From Candidatus Aminicenantes bacterium (GTDB lineage: Bacteria; Acidobacteriota; Aminicenantia; Aminicenantales; UBA4085), in the NCBI GenBank assembly GCA_963729855.1, contig CAVSPT010000006.1:933428-997427 (forward strand): 64,000 nucleotides of DNA, given 5' to 3'. The notes below the pieces were generated by a model, which searched no databases, was not told the DNA's origin, and saw nothing but the letters and a program-made list of their open reading frames with translations. The translations under genes were made by a program, and so were the position numbers. Numbering within the stretch: position 1 is the stretch's first letter; each line of letters begins with the position of its first letter. Positions 18,775 through 27,629 of this stretch are shown here, in pieces.

Positions 18775-18790
18775 AGCAATCTTTATGCCA
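18775..18790 (-). promoter_or_regulatory. Sigma-54 (-24/-12) promoter candidate for the SBP-kinase-activator operon
   Basis: Minus strand TGGCATaaagaTTGCT (GG-N10-GC), about 22 nt upstream of ATG 18753. This implies a short leader with a weak SD. Confidence 0.5.
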
Positions 18791-18861
18791 GAAAGCCGAA
18801 CTGCTTTTCGGCCTGAAAAAAGCTCATTCCTGCCCGTCTACTCAAATAATCGAGTTTAATT

Positions 18862-18878
18862 TGTAAATTTATTTTACA
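18862..18878. promoter_or_regulatory. 17-bp palindrome TGTAAAtttatTTTACA, candidate enhancer (UAS)
   Basis: Perfect 6-bp arms with a 5-bp spacer, centred about 81 nt upstream of the -24 GG of the 18775-18790 promoter candidate. The half-site TGTAAATT recurs upstream of the other two nearby sigma-54 candidates. Confidence 0.35.
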
Positions 18879-18932
18879 TTATTTCATCAAGAAACAACAG
18901 AGGCATAAAACCGCAGGAATGCCCCGAATCCC

Positions 18933-20318
18933 CTACTCGTGTCTGAGCGCGACGGCCGGATCGACCTTGGCCGCCCGCCGGGCCGGATAGAGCCCGGAGG
19001 CCAGGCTGATCAGGACGGCAAAGCCGACCGCCCCAAGGATGAGCCAGGGCGGGAAGCGGAAATACTCCATCGCCGGCAAATCCTGGCGGGCGCCGAAATA
19101 ATTGATGAGCGGATTGATGCCCCGGCTGGCCCCCCAGCTCAGAACGACCCCGCAGATCCCCCCGCCCAGGCCGATGAGGCCCGATTCGAAGACGAAGATC
19201 TTCTGGATATCACGGGGCGAGGCGCCGACGGCCTTCATGACCCCGATCTCCGAAGTCCGCTCGAGCACGGCCATGACCATGGTGTTGATGATGCCGAGGG
19301 AGGCGACGAAGATGGCGATCATGGCGATCGCCGCCAGGAACATGTCCATGAGGACGAACCCGGTTTTGATCTGTTCGAACTGGTCGATCAGGGCGAATGT
19401 GGAGAAGCCCATCTCCACAACGGCCCGGCGCACGGAATCGGCGGCCCCCGGCGAGACGAGGCGGACGTTGACGGCCGAATATCCGAGCTTTCCCTCGCCC
19501 GCCCGGAAGAGATCCCAGAGATTGGTGATGGGCAGCTTGGACAGGCCCGCCGCCGGACCGGGCGGAAGGAGGACGTCGCCGCCCAGCCCCATCGGCCCGC
19601 CGGCCCCCCTGACGTCCATGACGCCGGCCACGGAGAACGGGGAGAACTCCTTTTTGAACGGGAGTTCCCGGCGGCTCAGGAGCGCGCCCAGCTTGGCGGG
19701 GCTGAGGAGACCGAGATCCAGAGAAAGCGGGGCGATCTCGATCATCGCCCCGACCGCCCTGGCCGGGTCGGAGACGCCGAGCTGGCGGAGAAGCGTCCGG
19801 CCGACGACCACGGCCCTCTCCCCGTCGCTTCTGAACATGCGGCCGGCGGCCAGGGAAGACGCCCGGGTCGACGCGGATTTGACCGGCATGACCTGAACCA
19901 ACCGGTACTCCTCCCGGCCTTCGAATCGGATGACGGCAGGAAAGCGGACTTCCGGGTAGGCGCTCTCGACGCCCGGCAGGGCGGCGATGCGGGCCACCGC
20001 GGCGTCGTCAAGGAGGGCCGCGTCGGGCTTGGGAACGCCGGGCCGACGGAAGGCGGGACCGCGCCGGCCGCGGACCGGAGCGGCCGGTTCGTCCCCCTCG
20101 GGCAGGACGGTCAGGGCGTTGAAGAGGTCCAGCTTCCGGAAATTGTCGGTCACGTTCTTCCGCATGCCGATCCCGAACCCGACCATGGCCATGAGGGCCC
20201 CGATGCCCACGGTCACGCCGAACGAGGTCAGGAACGTCCGGAGCTTGCGCTGGGACAGGTCGGACAGGGCGAATTCAAAATAATCGCGGAGGGGAATGCG
20301 GCGGAAGCGGGCGGCCAC
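18933..20318 (-). CDS. ABC transporter permease, FtsX/MacB (LolC/E-like) family
   Basis: Start set to GTG 20318 (461 aa), 4 nt after the upstream gene's stop; ORF-track 20627 overlaps that gene. TM1 (LRTFLTSFGVTVGIGALMAMVGF), a large periplasmic domain, and a C-terminal FtsX 3-TM bundle (FLAAIAMIAIFVASLGIINTMVMAVLERTSEIGVMKAVGA..LYPARRAAKVDPAVALRHE). Confidence 0.8.
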   Translation of the reverse strand: MAARFRRIPLRDYFEFALSDLSQRKLRTFLTSFGVTVGIGALMAMVGFGIGMRKNVTDNFRKLDLFNALTVLPEGDEPAAPVRGRRGPAFRRPGVPKPDAALLDDAAVARIAALPGVESAYPEVRFPAVIRFEGREEYRLVQVMPVKSASTRASSLAAGRMFRSDGERAVVVGRTLLRQLGVSDPARAVGAMIEIAPLSLDLGLLSPAKLGALLSRRELPFKKEFSPFSVAGVMDVRGAGGPMGLGGDVLLPPGPAAGLSKLPITNLWDLFRAGEGKLGYSAVNVRLVSPGAADSVRRAVVEMGFSTFALIDQFEQIKTGFVLMDMFLAAIAMIAIFVASLGIINTMVMAVLERTSEIGVMKAVGASPRDIQKIFVFESGLIGLGGGICGVVLSWGASRGINPLINYFGARQDLPAMEYFRFPPWLILGAVGFAVLISLASGLYPARRAAKVDPAVALRHE

Positions 20319-20322
20319 GAAA

Positions 20323-21333
20323 TCAGCTTCTCCGCAGGATGTAGCCGGGGCCGGACACCCCGGGCAGCCCATCGAAAAAGGCGGCGACGCGAAAGCCGCG
20401 GCCGAACAGGGTCCGAAACGCTTCGCGGGTGCGCAGCCGCCAATCCACGGGGATGCGCCGGACGTCGGGGTCCCCGACGTCCGTTTCCCGAAGCATGGCG
20501 TAAAAATCGGCCGGAATGCGCAGCCGGGCGCAAATCGAGGCGGCTTCGAGATCGAGGCCCTCGGCCGTTTCCAGCTCGATGGGGCCCGAGCGGCCGGGGA
20601 CCGTCCGGCGCCCGACGGAAAGAACATCCGGTCCGTCCGCGGCGGGTCCCGGAACGGCGCGGCCCGAGGGCGCCGCGCCGCCGCGCAAGTCCCAGGACGT
20701 GAAGAAGCGGTCGCTGGGGACGTCGCGGCGGTTGAGCCGGCCCCCGAACTCGCCGTAGACGGCCGTCCGGTACTCGAGCACGGTCATGCCCAGGCGGAAG
20801 ATGTTGCGGTGGGCGTTGACCGCCGTGAGCGGATCGTAGGTGCAGACCACCGTGGTGATTCCGTACAGATTCCGCAGGACATCCCCCTGGAATTCCTTGA
20901 TGGCGACGCCCAGCCCGAACCCTTCGGCGCCCGGCCGGATCCCCGTATATTGGGAGTAGAACCACAGGTTGTCGAGACTGCGGAAGCCGACGCTTTTATC
21001 GCGCAGGCCGACGTAGCCGTAGGAGAATCCGACCATCCGGCTGGCGCTCTCCTCCGGTTCGCCGCCCGGCCCGGAGGCATAGGCGGCGATGAACAGGCTC
21101 GTCCCGTCGTGGAAATAGTTCTCGCAGAGGAGGTTGCGGGGCCCGGCCAGCCGGTCTTCGTCGAAATCCCAGACGGCGTTTTTGATTTCCTCATAGCGGG
21201 CGTAATCCTCGGCCCGGGAGGACGTTTCGACGCAGAGAAGGAACTTCGCCGCCCCGTGGACGTGGATGCGGGAGAGGCCGGCCGGATTGGTCATATCGGC
21301 GCGAATTGTAGTCCAAGCCTCTCCCCGGATCAA
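20323..21333 (-). CDS. Hypothetical protein, possibly GNAT-like acyltransferase fold
   Basis: Strong coding bias. ORF-track start 21333 is TTG; the first ATG is 21294. The core GIRPGAEGFGLGVAIKEFQGDVLRNLYGITTVVCTYDPLTAVNAHRNIFRLGMTVLEY resembles an uncharacterised GNAT-like family (COG3375-type, from memory only). Confidence 0.35.
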   Translation of the reverse strand: MIRGEAWTTIRADMTNPAGLSRIHVHGAAKFLLCVETSSRAEDYARYEEIKNAVWDFDEDRLAGPRNLLCENYFHDGTSLFIAAYASGPGGEPEESASRMVGFSYGYVGLRDKSVGFRSLDNLWFYSQYTGIRPGAEGFGLGVAIKEFQGDVLRNLYGITTVVCTYDPLTAVNAHRNIFRLGMTVLEYRTAVYGEFGGRLNRRDVPSDRFFTSWDLRGGAAPSGRAVPGPAADGPDVLSVGRRTVPGRSGPIELETAEGLDLEAASICARLRIPADFYAMLRETDVGDPDVRRIPVDWRLRTREAFRTLFGRGFRVAAFFDGLPGVSGPGYILRRS

Positions 21334-21484
21334 TCCGTCGCCGGGCCGGCGGACCTCCGGACAAGAATGGATTTGCCATCAAGAACCTCCAAAGGGTAAA
21401 ATCAGCCTGCCACGGCCAAGGTCGGGATGGGCCGGCGTGTCCAATATTTAGTATAATATCCAGAATGGAGCGGACCGACTGATC

Positions 21485-22459
21485 ATGCCCCACTACAAAC
21501 GGCCTACCCTGCTGGCTCAAGAACGCGTCGCCGTCGTGGTCAATCCCTATGCGGCCCAGCGGCGGTGGGAGCGCAACCCCAAGCTGCGCCAATACCTGCA
21601 GAGAAAATTCCCCGGCCGGGTCTTCGATCAAACGGGCGACAAGGCCGCGATGATCGAGCAGGTCAGGCGCCTCAGCCTGGAAAATGACGTCATCATCGTC
21701 CTGGGCGGCGACGGCACGCTGGCCGACGTCATGCAGGGGATTTTCGAAGCCGGCCGGGAGAAGGACGTCGTCCTCGGGATCATCCCCTTCGGCAGCGGCA
21801 ACGCCCTGCGCAAGTCGCTGCTCATCCCCAAGGCCCTGAAGAAGGCCCTCAAGCTCCTGGCCCGGGGCGAACCGCACTGGATCGATCTCATCGACCTGGG
21901 GGGACGGGTGGCCAGCTTCCTGAGCATCGGGGCGACGGGCAAAGTGACCCACCGCAAGTCGCAGATCAAGATCCCCGGCCTTGTCGGCCACCTCCTGGCC
22001 GCCAGCATCCTGCTGGTCCAGCCCCGCGACCCCATCGAGATCGAGCTTTTCGACGGGCTGGACGACAAGGGCCGCCCCTTCATCCACAAGAAGCTCAATC
22101 TCAAGCTGTTCGACTGCATCATCAACAAGACGAACTATTTCGGGTACAGCTGGGTCATCGCCCCCAAGGCCCGCATCGATGACGGCTACCTCGACGTGAC
22201 CCTGTTCAACATCCGCGCCTACAACTACCTGATCGGCTTCCCCCTCATCTACCTCGGCCACTACCAGAAGGTCCTCAAACACTTCAAGGCCCGCCGGGTC
22301 ATCGTCCGGGGCGAGAGCCTGCACGTGCAATACAACGGAGAAATCCTGGACAAGCGGAAAGAGCTCGAGTTGAAGGTCCTGCCCAAGGCGCTGCGCGTCA
22401 TCGGGCCTCCCCGGGTCAAACGGCCCCTGCCCCGCCGGCTGGCGGCCGGCCGCCGTTAA
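21485..22459 (+). CDS. Diacylglycerol/lipid kinase family protein (YegS/BmrU-like)
   Basis: 324 aa. DAGK catalytic-domain motifs VAVVVNPYAAQRR, IIVLGGDGTLADVMQG and IIPFGSGNALRKS. Confidence 0.8.
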   Translation: MPHYKRPTLLAQERVAVVVNPYAAQRRWERNPKLRQYLQRKFPGRVFDQTGDKAAMIEQVRRLSLENDVIIVLGGDGTLADVMQGIFEAGREKDVVLGIIPFGSGNALRKSLLIPKALKKALKLLARGEPHWIDLIDLGGRVASFLSIGATGKVTHRKSQIKIPGLVGHLLAASILLVQPRDPIEIELFDGLDDKGRPFIHKKLNLKLFDCIINKTNYFGYSWVIAPKARIDDGYLDVTLFNIRAYNYLIGFPLIYLGHYQKVLKHFKARRVIVRGESLHVQYNGEILDKRKELELKVLPKALRVIGPPRVKRPLPRRLAAGRR

Positions 22460-22536
22460 AGAGCGTCCTCTTCGGGCGGCGGCAAGGACAGCGGCGGCGG
22501 CCGCCGGGACAAGATTTCGACGGCGGATTTCGAGGC

Positions 22537-22935
22537 TCAGTCGGCCGTGATTTCGAAGGCCGGCGGATGCAGGAGATGGGCCTTGACCGTGCATGCGTCC
22601 GCGGCCTTGACGACGGCGCTTCTGTATTTCTCGGGGAACCCGGGCGGCAAATGGATGGCGATGGCGATCCTGGTGATGAGCTTCGAGCCCTGGGGGCGCT
22701 CCGTGGCCATGGAGAGCGTGATTCCGTCCGTGGCGATCCGCCGTTCGCGGCAGAAGGCCAGGACGTAATACCCGGCGCAGGTGGCGAGCGAACCCAAGAA
22801 CAGATCAAAAGGCGCGGGAGCGCTGTTGGTCCCGCCGGCTTGGACCGGCTGGTCGGTGGCCATGGTGAAACCGCGATACTCGGCGTCCACGCGGCTTCCT
22901 CCCGGAAGCGTGACCCGGATTTCGTGATCGGACAT
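22537..22935 (-). CDS. OsmC/Ohr-family peroxiredoxin-like protein
   Basis: 132 aa. AAGGAG upstream of ATG 22935. PAPFDLFLGSLATCAGYYV and ADACTVKAHL carry the two conserved Cys of the OsmC family. Confidence 0.8.
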   Translation of the reverse strand: MSDHEIRVTLPGGSRVDAEYRGFTMATDQPVQAGGTNSAPAPFDLFLGSLATCAGYYVLAFCRERRIATDGITLSMATERPQGSKLITRIAIAIHLPPGFPEKYRSAVVKAADACTVKAHLLHPPAFEITAD

Positions 22936-22946
22936 GGAATTCTCCT

Positions 22947-23747
22947 TCAGAGGATGCGCGGATCGACGCCCTTCGTGAACAAGGCCAGGAGAAGGCGCCG
23001 GTCTTTTTCGGTCATGGTCAGCCGCCCGAGCAGATCGTGAACCAGTCCGGCGACGTGTTCCCGGTTTCCGCCATGGACGAACCCCTTCTCCTCCAGCTTG
23101 CGCAGGATGAGGGCGATGGTCTCGTCCTGGTCGCGCCGCGGGAGCGGCTCCGGCCTATCGGGGCGGGCCGCCGGCCCGGCCGTGAAGATCGCGTAGAGGG
23201 ACAGGAGGACGGCGGAGGCCAGATTATAGGATGGCTGGCGCCCGGCCTGGGGAATGGTAAAGACGAAATTGGCCCGGCGGAGCTCGCCGGCGGTCAGCCC
23301 GGTCCTTTCGTTCCCGAAAAGAAGTCCGATGCGCGCATCGCGCGGGTAGGCGGACATGAGCGGGATCGCTTCGGCGAGAGACAGAAGCCCGACCGCGGCC
23401 CGCGGCTTGGCCGTGGCCGCGAAGACGACCCGGCAATCGGCCACGGCGGCCTCCAGGTCCGGGACGACCTTGGCGGCGGACAGGACATCCCCGGCGTGGA
23501 CCGCGGTCTTGGCCGCCTTGGCCGGGAGACGGCCTTTTTTGACCAGGCGCAGGTCCGAGAATCCCGTGTTCTTCATGGCCCGAGCGGCCAGCCCGATGTT
23601 CTCCGCGCTTTCCGGTCGGGCCAGGATGACGGCGAAGCGCGCCGGATTGAGCGCTGGGCTCAGGACGGATCCCGACCATTGTGTCATCACGGCTATTCTA
23701 ATCGAAGATCCGCCCGGGCTCCACTCCGGTTCCTCACAATTTTCCAT
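22947..23747 (-). CDS. SpoU/TrmH-class RNA 2'-O-methyltransferase, TrmJ-like
   Basis: Motifs AVILARPESAENIGLAARAMKNTGF, IGLLFGNERTGL and IPQAGRQPSYNLASAVLLSLYAI, plus a C-terminal extension. Start is ATG 23747 (AAGGGA upstream) or ATG 23687. Confidence 0.75.
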   Translation of the reverse strand: MENCEEPEWSPGGSSIRIAVMTQWSGSVLSPALNPARFAVILARPESAENIGLAARAMKNTGFSDLRLVKKGRLPAKAAKTAVHAGDVLSAAKVVPDLEAAVADCRVVFAATAKPRAAVGLLSLAEAIPLMSAYPRDARIGLLFGNERTGLTAGELRRANFVFTIPQAGRQPSYNLASAVLLSLYAIFTAGPAARPDRPEPLPRRDQDETIALILRKLEEKGFVHGGNREHVAGLVHDLLGRLTMTEKDRRLLLALFTKGVDPRIL

Positions 23748-23812
23748 ATTTCCCTTGTTCGGCCGTGTTATATAATAGCCTCCTCATATTCAGCCGATAA
23801 GGACAATCGATC

Positions 23813-24352
23813 ATGACCGACCGCAAATCGCTCGAGGGCCTGTTCGCTAAGCACGGCTTCGCCGATTTCCGCTGGATCGACCCCGCCGCGATCGTCGTGG
23901 CCCAGTGGGTCCGCATGAAATGCTTCTATGGATGCCCGGACTACGGCAAAAACGGAACCTGCCCTCCCAACGTTCCGCCCGTGGACGAGTGCGAGCGGTT
24001 CTTCCACGACTATTCGACGGTGGCCCTCTTTCATTTCGAGAAGTCCGTGGACAAGCCCGAGGACCGCCATGAATGGACGCGCGGCATCAACCGCCGCCTG
24101 AGCGACCTCGAGCGGGACGTTTTCCTGTCCGGGCACGTCAAGGCCTTTCTTCTCTTCATGGACACCTGCACCCTGTGCGGCAGCTGTCCCGGGACGCGGG
24201 CCGACTGCAAGGAGCCCAAGCGGGCCCGGCCGACCCCGGAAGCCATGGCCGTCGACGTCTTCTCCACGATCCTGCGGGCGGGCTACCCCATCGAGGTCCT
24301 GACCGATTACCGCCGGGCCATGAACCGGTACGCCTTCCTGCTCATCGACTGA
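23813..24352 (+). CDS. Predicted metal-binding protein, DUF2284-like
   Basis: 179 aa. Cys clusters CFYGCPDYGKNGTCPP and CTLCGSCPG. The family is recalled from memory. Confidence 0.55.
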   Translation: MTDRKSLEGLFAKHGFADFRWIDPAAIVVAQWVRMKCFYGCPDYGKNGTCPPNVPPVDECERFFHDYSTVALFHFEKSVDKPEDRHEWTRGINRRLSDLERDVFLSGHVKAFLLFMDTCTLCGSCPGTRADCKEPKRARPTPEAMAVDVFSTILRAGYPIEVLTDYRRAMNRYAFLLID

Positions 24353-24381
24353 AACGGGGCCGCCGGAGAGAAGGATTGTCC

Positions 24382-25245
24382 ATGACACACGCCGATCCGC
24401 GCGGCCGAAGCGTCCTGATCACCGGTTGCTCGTCCGGCATCGGCCGGGCCGCGGCCGTTCACCTGGCCCGGAAGGGGCTTACGGTTTTCGCCGCCGTCCG
24501 CAAGGCGGCCGACGCCGAAAAGCTGCGCGGGCTCGGAATCGCCAGCCTCGTTCCTCTTTGTCCCTTGGATTTGACCAGGCCCGAGCACATCCCCGCGATC
24601 ATGGAAACCGTCGAGCGGGAGCTCGAGGGGCGCGGACGGGAGGGGCTCTTCGCGCTGGTCAACAACGCCGGCGGGGGCTCGGTCGCCCCGATCGAGCTCA
24701 TGGACCCCGGGCGGTTCAGGGCCGAACTCGAGGCCCGGATCGTCGGGGCCGCGGCTCTCGTCCAGGCGGTCCTGCCGTCTCTGCGCCGCGCCGGCGGCCG
24801 CATCCTCTGGATCATGACCCCGGCCATCATCCCGACGCCCTACGTCGCCTCGATCCATGCCTGCGATTTCGCCGTCAACGGCCTGGCCCGAACCCTCGAC
24901 ATCGAGCTCAAGCCGTGGGCCATTCCCAGCATCATGATCCGCTGCGGGGGAATCCGGACGGAGGCCGTGTCCAAGTCCGACGCCGAATTCGAAACGGACT
25001 TGAAGAGCTGGCCTCCGGAAAAAAGGGCTCTCTATGAACCGACCCTGCGCAGGTGGTCCGAGAGCATGGCCGCGTTCAACGCTAAAAGAACGGACCCGGA
25101 AAAAGTCGCGGCCGTCGTGGAGAAGGCCCTCTCCTCCGCCAAACCGAAACGCCGGTACTCGATCGGGCACATGGCCAGGGCCGCGGCCTTTTTGGAAGCG
25201 CTCCCCCAGGGATGGGCCGACCGCATCCTGAAAGCGCGCTTCTGA
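24382..25245 (+). CDS. Short-chain dehydrogenase/reductase (SDR)
   Basis: ATG 24382; ORF-track 24073 is an upstream extension overlapping the previous gene. TGCSSGIGRAAA Rossmann motif and NNAG. 287 aa. Confidence 0.85.
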   Translation: MTHADPRGRSVLITGCSSGIGRAAAVHLARKGLTVFAAVRKAADAEKLRGLGIASLVPLCPLDLTRPEHIPAIMETVERELEGRGREGLFALVNNAGGGSVAPIELMDPGRFRAELEARIVGAAALVQAVLPSLRRAGGRILWIMTPAIIPTPYVASIHACDFAVNGLARTLDIELKPWAIPSIMIRCGGIRTEAVSKSDAEFETDLKSWPPEKRALYEPTLRRWSESMAAFNAKRTDPEKVAAVVEKALSSAKPKRRYSIGHMARAAAFLEALPQGWADRILKARF

Positions 25246-25322
25246 TCGGCCGCCCCGTTTGCGTCGCGGGACCCGTTTAAAGATAATGAAACCCGCATCG
25301 TCATCCCATTCCGGGAGCCGCC

Positions 25323-27629
25323 ATGAACAGACGCGACGCGCTGAAAAATCTCTCTCTGGCCGCGGCCGCCTGGCCGCTGGCTCCGAAAAGCCGGACGGAT
25401 CAAATCCGGCCATCGCCCGCCTCGAGCCCTCGCCCGGCGGAGCTTCTCGCCGAGGTCAAGGCCCATCATGGCCGGCCCGTCCTGCATCTCAACGGCAAGC
25501 CGGTCTTTCCGGCCATCGATTGGGTCTCGGGCCCGCGCCCGGACGGCTGGGATTTCGCCCGCCAGGCCCGGATGAACAAGGAGACGGGCATCCACGTCTA
25601 TGCCTTCGACGTCGGCAAGGGCGTCGAATGGATCGGCTCGGGGACCTCGCCCGAGCGCCCCTACGATTTCTCGACCGTCACCGCCCGTTTCGGCCGCGTT
25701 CTGGAGGCCGATCCTGAAGCGCTTTTCCATCTCCGCATCTACCTGGAGACCGGCCATGACGACTGGTGGGAGCGGGCCTATCCCGGCGAATGCGAGATCC
25801 TCTCCGACGGCCGCCGCAACGGGCAATCCTTCGCTTCGGCGGTCTGGCGCGCCCAGGCCAAGGACTTCCTGGCCGCCTATGCCGCCGCCCTGAAAAAAGA
25901 AGGACTGTCCGAGCGCATCCTGTCCTACCAGGTCGGCGCCGGCCACACGGGCGAATGGGTCAAGGGCGAGAGCTCCATGTACGCGCCCTGCGGCGATTAC
26001 GGCGCGCCGATGCGGCGGCATTTCCGGGAATGGCTCCGCCGGTCCTACGGGGGAGACGAAGCCGCCTTCCGCCGGGCCTGGAACGATCCGCGGGCCGCCT
26101 TCGAAACGGCCGAGGTCCCCGGGGCCGAAGCGCAGCTCCTGGCCCGCGGCTACATCTTCCGCGACCCCAAGCTCGAGCAGAACGTGATCGATTATTTCCG
26201 CTGCTTCGCGGAGCTGTGCTCGGACGCGGTCATCGATTTCTGCCGCACCGCGAAAGCGGCTTCGGGCGGGACCAAGCTGGCCGGGGCGTTCTACGGCTAC
26301 CTCATGGACCTGTCCTGGAACGGCGGATTCTTCCGCGAGCGGCCGGACAGCGATTACTCGACCTACCAGCGGAGCGGCCATCTCGGCCTGCGCCGCGTCC
26401 TCGAGGAACCGGCCGTCGATTTCCTGGTCAGCCCTTACAGCTACGGATATCGGGGCATCGGCGGGGACGGGCCGAGCATGCTGCCGGCCGAATCGGCCCG
26501 CCTCCACGGCAAGCTCGTCCTGATCGAAGACGACACCCGGACGCACGTCGACGCCGAGGACCCCCACTACGGGCGGGCGGCCACCCTGGCCGAGAGCACG
26601 GCCATCCTTCGCCGCAACCTGGCCCAGGACCTGGCCCACGGCCAGGGCGCCTGGTGGGCCTCGGGAAAGGTCGACCCGCTCAAGGAGCCCGCCTTCCTGC
26701 CGCTGCTCCGCGATTTCCGCGCCTTGGGGACGTTCGCCCTGGATCTCGATCTGGCGCCCTCGGCCGACGTCGCCGTCCTTCTCGACGACGAGAGCTTCTA
26801 TTACGAAACCTGCCGCTACAACCTCGACATTCCCCTCGTCTTCCAGCAGCGACTGTGGGGCCTGCCCAAGATGGGGACGCCGTTCGATACCTATCTTCTC
26901 AACGATTTCATCGAAGGCCGGACGAAGCCCTACAAGCTGCTGGTCTTCCTCAATCCCTTCCGCCTCGACGCCGCGCGGCGCCGCGCGCTCACGGCCCGGT
27001 TGGATAAGGACGGAACGACGGCCCTCTGGATCTACGCGCCCGGTTATATTCTGGACGATTGTTCCCCGTCCCACATGGAGGAGCTGACCGGAATCCGGTT
27101 CGGCACCGGCGAACAGCCCTGGGGGCCGCTCGTTCACATCACGGATTTCACCCACCCCATCACGGCCGGGCTGGCCCAGGACCTGGTCTGGGGCACCAAC
27201 GCCAAGCTGGCCCCGCTGTTTTACGTCGACGACCCGGGCGCCCGCATCCTCGGCCAAGTCGTCTATTCGCAGGGCGACTGCAAGCCCGGCTTCGCCGTGA
27301 AAAAGACCGGCCCGCGGACGTCGGTCTATTCCGCGGCGCCCAATCTTCCCGCCGGCGTCCTGCGCGGCGTGGCCCGTTTCGCCGGGGCCCACATCTACGG
27401 CGACGCCGGAGACGTCCTCTACGCCGCGCCGGAGCTGCTGGGCGTGCACACGGTCGCCGGGGGCCGCCGGACCTTCCGCCTCCGGGGGCCCGCGGAGATC
27501 GTTTATGATCTCTTCGAACGCCGGGCGGCCGCCCGCGAGACCGCCGAATTCACGGTCGAGCTGGCGCCGGCCTCGACCTCCCTCTTCTACACCGGGACGG
27601 CCGCCGGCCTGGAAAAGCTGGGGCGATGA
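25323..27629 (+). CDS. Tat-signal secreted protein, glycoside-hydrolase-like (GH42/GH35-type, tentative)
   Basis: 768 aa. Twin-arginine-like leader MNRRDALKNLSLAAAAWPLA. RRHFREWLRRSYGGDEAAFRRAWNDP resembles the region after the TIM barrel in GH42-type beta-galactosidases. The assignment is tentative. Confidence 0.4.
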   Translation: MNRRDALKNLSLAAAAWPLAPKSRTDQIRPSPASSPRPAELLAEVKAHHGRPVLHLNGKPVFPAIDWVSGPRPDGWDFARQARMNKETGIHVYAFDVGKGVEWIGSGTSPERPYDFSTVTARFGRVLEADPEALFHLRIYLETGHDDWWERAYPGECEILSDGRRNGQSFASAVWRAQAKDFLAAYAAALKKEGLSERILSYQVGAGHTGEWVKGESSMYAPCGDYGAPMRRHFREWLRRSYGGDEAAFRRAWNDPRAAFETAEVPGAEAQLLARGYIFRDPKLEQNVIDYFRCFAELCSDAVIDFCRTAKAASGGTKLAGAFYGYLMDLSWNGGFFRERPDSDYSTYQRSGHLGLRRVLEEPAVDFLVSPYSYGYRGIGGDGPSMLPAESARLHGKLVLIEDDTRTHVDAEDPHYGRAATLAESTAILRRNLAQDLAHGQGAWWASGKVDPLKEPAFLPLLRDFRALGTFALDLDLAPSADVAVLLDDESFYYETCRYNLDIPLVFQQRLWGLPKMGTPFDTYLLNDFIEGRTKPYKLLVFLNPFRLDAARRRALTARLDKDGTTALWIYAPGYILDDCSPSHMEELTGIRFGTGEQPWGPLVHITDFTHPITAGLAQDLVWGTNAKLAPLFYVDDPGARILGQVVYSQGDCKPGFAVKKTGPRTSVYSAAPNLPAGVLRGVARFAGAHIYGDAGDVLYAAPELLGVHTVAGGRRTFRLRGPAEIVYDLFERRAAARETAEFTVELAPASTSLFYTGTAAGLEKLGR

